DNA of 64,000 nt from Mobula hypostoma (taxonomy: Eukaryota). The translations under genes were made by a program, and so were the position numbers. Shown here piece after piece: positions 63,001 through 64,000 of the stretch (position 1 is its first letter; every line of letters starts with the position of its first letter). The stretch covers positions 116,872,001-116,936,000 of the forward strand of contig NC_086108.1 in NCBI RefSeq assembly GCF_963921235.1, given 5' to 3'. The notes beneath the pieces were generated by a model, which was not told the DNA's origin, did not search any database, and saw only the letters and a list, made by a program, of their open reading frames with translations.

Positions 63001-63672
63001 CCTCTCAAACTCAGCACCCTACACTCTCCCCATCCTTTTCAGAACCTTCCAGCCATTTGCCTCTTTCCTCTCTAACCCCATGTTCACCTTTTCTCTGAAA
63101 CCCTATCTCCACCATTCCTCTCAAACCCTAACTCCTCACTATTCCCTATTCCTTTCAACCCCATCTCCCCATTCCTCTCAACACATCTTCCCACCCACCC
63201 CCATTCCTCTTAACCATCTTGCTGCCATCTCACCATTCCTCTCAAACCTAGTCTTCCTATCATTGCCCCCTTCCTCTCAAAACCCATCTACCCATTATCT
63301 GCCTTGTTGCTCCCCACTATCTACCCCTGTCCTCTCAAACCACATCTCCACCTTTCCTCTAAAACCCCATCTCTCCATCATTCCTCTCAAACTCTGTCTT
63401 CTCACTATTTCCCCCATCCATCTCAAACCCCGTCTCCCGGCATCTCCTCATTTCTCTCAACCCCAGATTCCCCACCATCTCCCCATTCCTCTCAATCCTG
63501 TCTCCCTGCCATCTTCCCATTCATTTCAACCCCATATTCCCACCATCTGCCTCATTCATCTCCAACCTCATCTCAACCCTTCTTCTGAAACCCATCTCCC
63601 AACCATCTCCCCCATTCCTCTCAAACCCAGTCCCCCAACTATCTCCTTCATTCCTCTCAACCCCAATCCCCA
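54050..63672. repeat. About 6.4-kb C/T-rich degenerate satellite (CCATCTCCCCATTCCTCTCAACCC) in two blocks, 54050-59516 and 62705-63672, split by a CR1
   Basis: Plus strand almost free of G; source of the long Pro/Ser/His ORFs. Confidence 0.92.
59517..62704 (-). mobile_element. Relatively young CR1 LINE (ORF1 C-terminus, whole ORF2 with few lesions, 3'UTR)
   Basis: Consecutive minus ORFs 62471 to 59715 cover APE and RT; (TTCTATG)n tail; candidate 17-bp TSD ACCATCTCCCCATTCAT (59500-59516, 62705-62721), weakened by the repetitive context. Confidence 0.95.
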
Positions 63673-63673
63673 A

Positions 63674-63832
63674 CCATAGAAACCATAGAAACTACAGCAC
63701 TGAAACAGGCCTTTTGGCCCTTCTTGGCTGTGCCAATCCATTTTCTGCCTAGTCCCACTGATCTGCACACGGACCATATCCCTCCATACACCTCCCATCC
63801 ATGTAACTGTCCAATTTATTCTTAAATGTTAA
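63674..63832 (-). mobile_element. CR1 3' end
   Basis: FKNKLDSYMDGRCMEGY; TTTCTATGG tail. Confidence 0.8.
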
Positions 63833-63834
63833 AA

Positions 63835-64000
63835 AGTTAAGACTAATGCTCCAACTATGTTTTTTTGGTTTTCCCAGACGATATTATGTTTAAATTTGGA
63901 GAAAATCAGAAGTAATCTTTATGATTCTTCAGTTAAATTCGATCAGACCCGGAGATCTTTTATTCAACATTTTCATTTAATGTAATTTTTTTTTCTCTCG
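63835..64000 (+). mobile_element. L1-clade ORF2 C-terminal fragment
   Basis: KTNAPTMFFWFSQTILCLNLEKIRSNLYDSSVKFDQTRRSFIQHFHLM* resembles the fish L1 W..PT...W......LEKIR....F...W..F terminus. Confidence 0.6.

Noticed and set aside
53886..64000. Preceding collagen exon
   Set aside because: Only satellite and LINE sequence seen; presumably right of the window.
1..64000. Antisense orientation bias of LINEs relative to the collagen gene
   Set aside because: Plus-strand copies outnumber minus-strand ones only modestly, and fragments are not independent; cannot be supported from one window.

Overview
Eukaryotic, repeat-saturated genomic DNA. The CR1, Rex1-like and Penelope content suggests a cartilaginous fish (inference). 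The only host gene I can support is the middle of a clade-B fibrillar collagen gene on the minus strand (type V/XI; closest by eye to COL11A1). It has 16 consecutive phase-0 GT-AG exons of 54, 45 or 108 bp between 53885 and 4643, encoding 291 aa (97 uninterrupted Gly-X-Y triplets) in the conserved COL11A1/COL5A1 exon order. The gene runs off both window ends. The introns hold many CR1 LINEs (some nested), Rex1/Babar-like LINEs, Penelope-like elements with minimal hammerhead-ribozyme motifs, a decayed Gypsy provirus with both LTRs and TSD, a solo LTR, an L1 tail and at least eight tandem or low-complexity arrays. Nearly all ORFs in the ORF track are TE fragments or repeat artefacts. Best leads: (1) an unexplained 7-nt microexon or recursive-splice-like element at 3332-3338; (2) sense-oriented hammerhead cores in the collagen introns; (3) a CR1 5'-module swap; (4) a 37-bp LINE stub with TSD; (5) same-phase LINE insertion into a satellite; (6) a SOX-motif-rich satellite. 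No prokaryote-type system is present, and none of these leads is proven novel from sequence alone.
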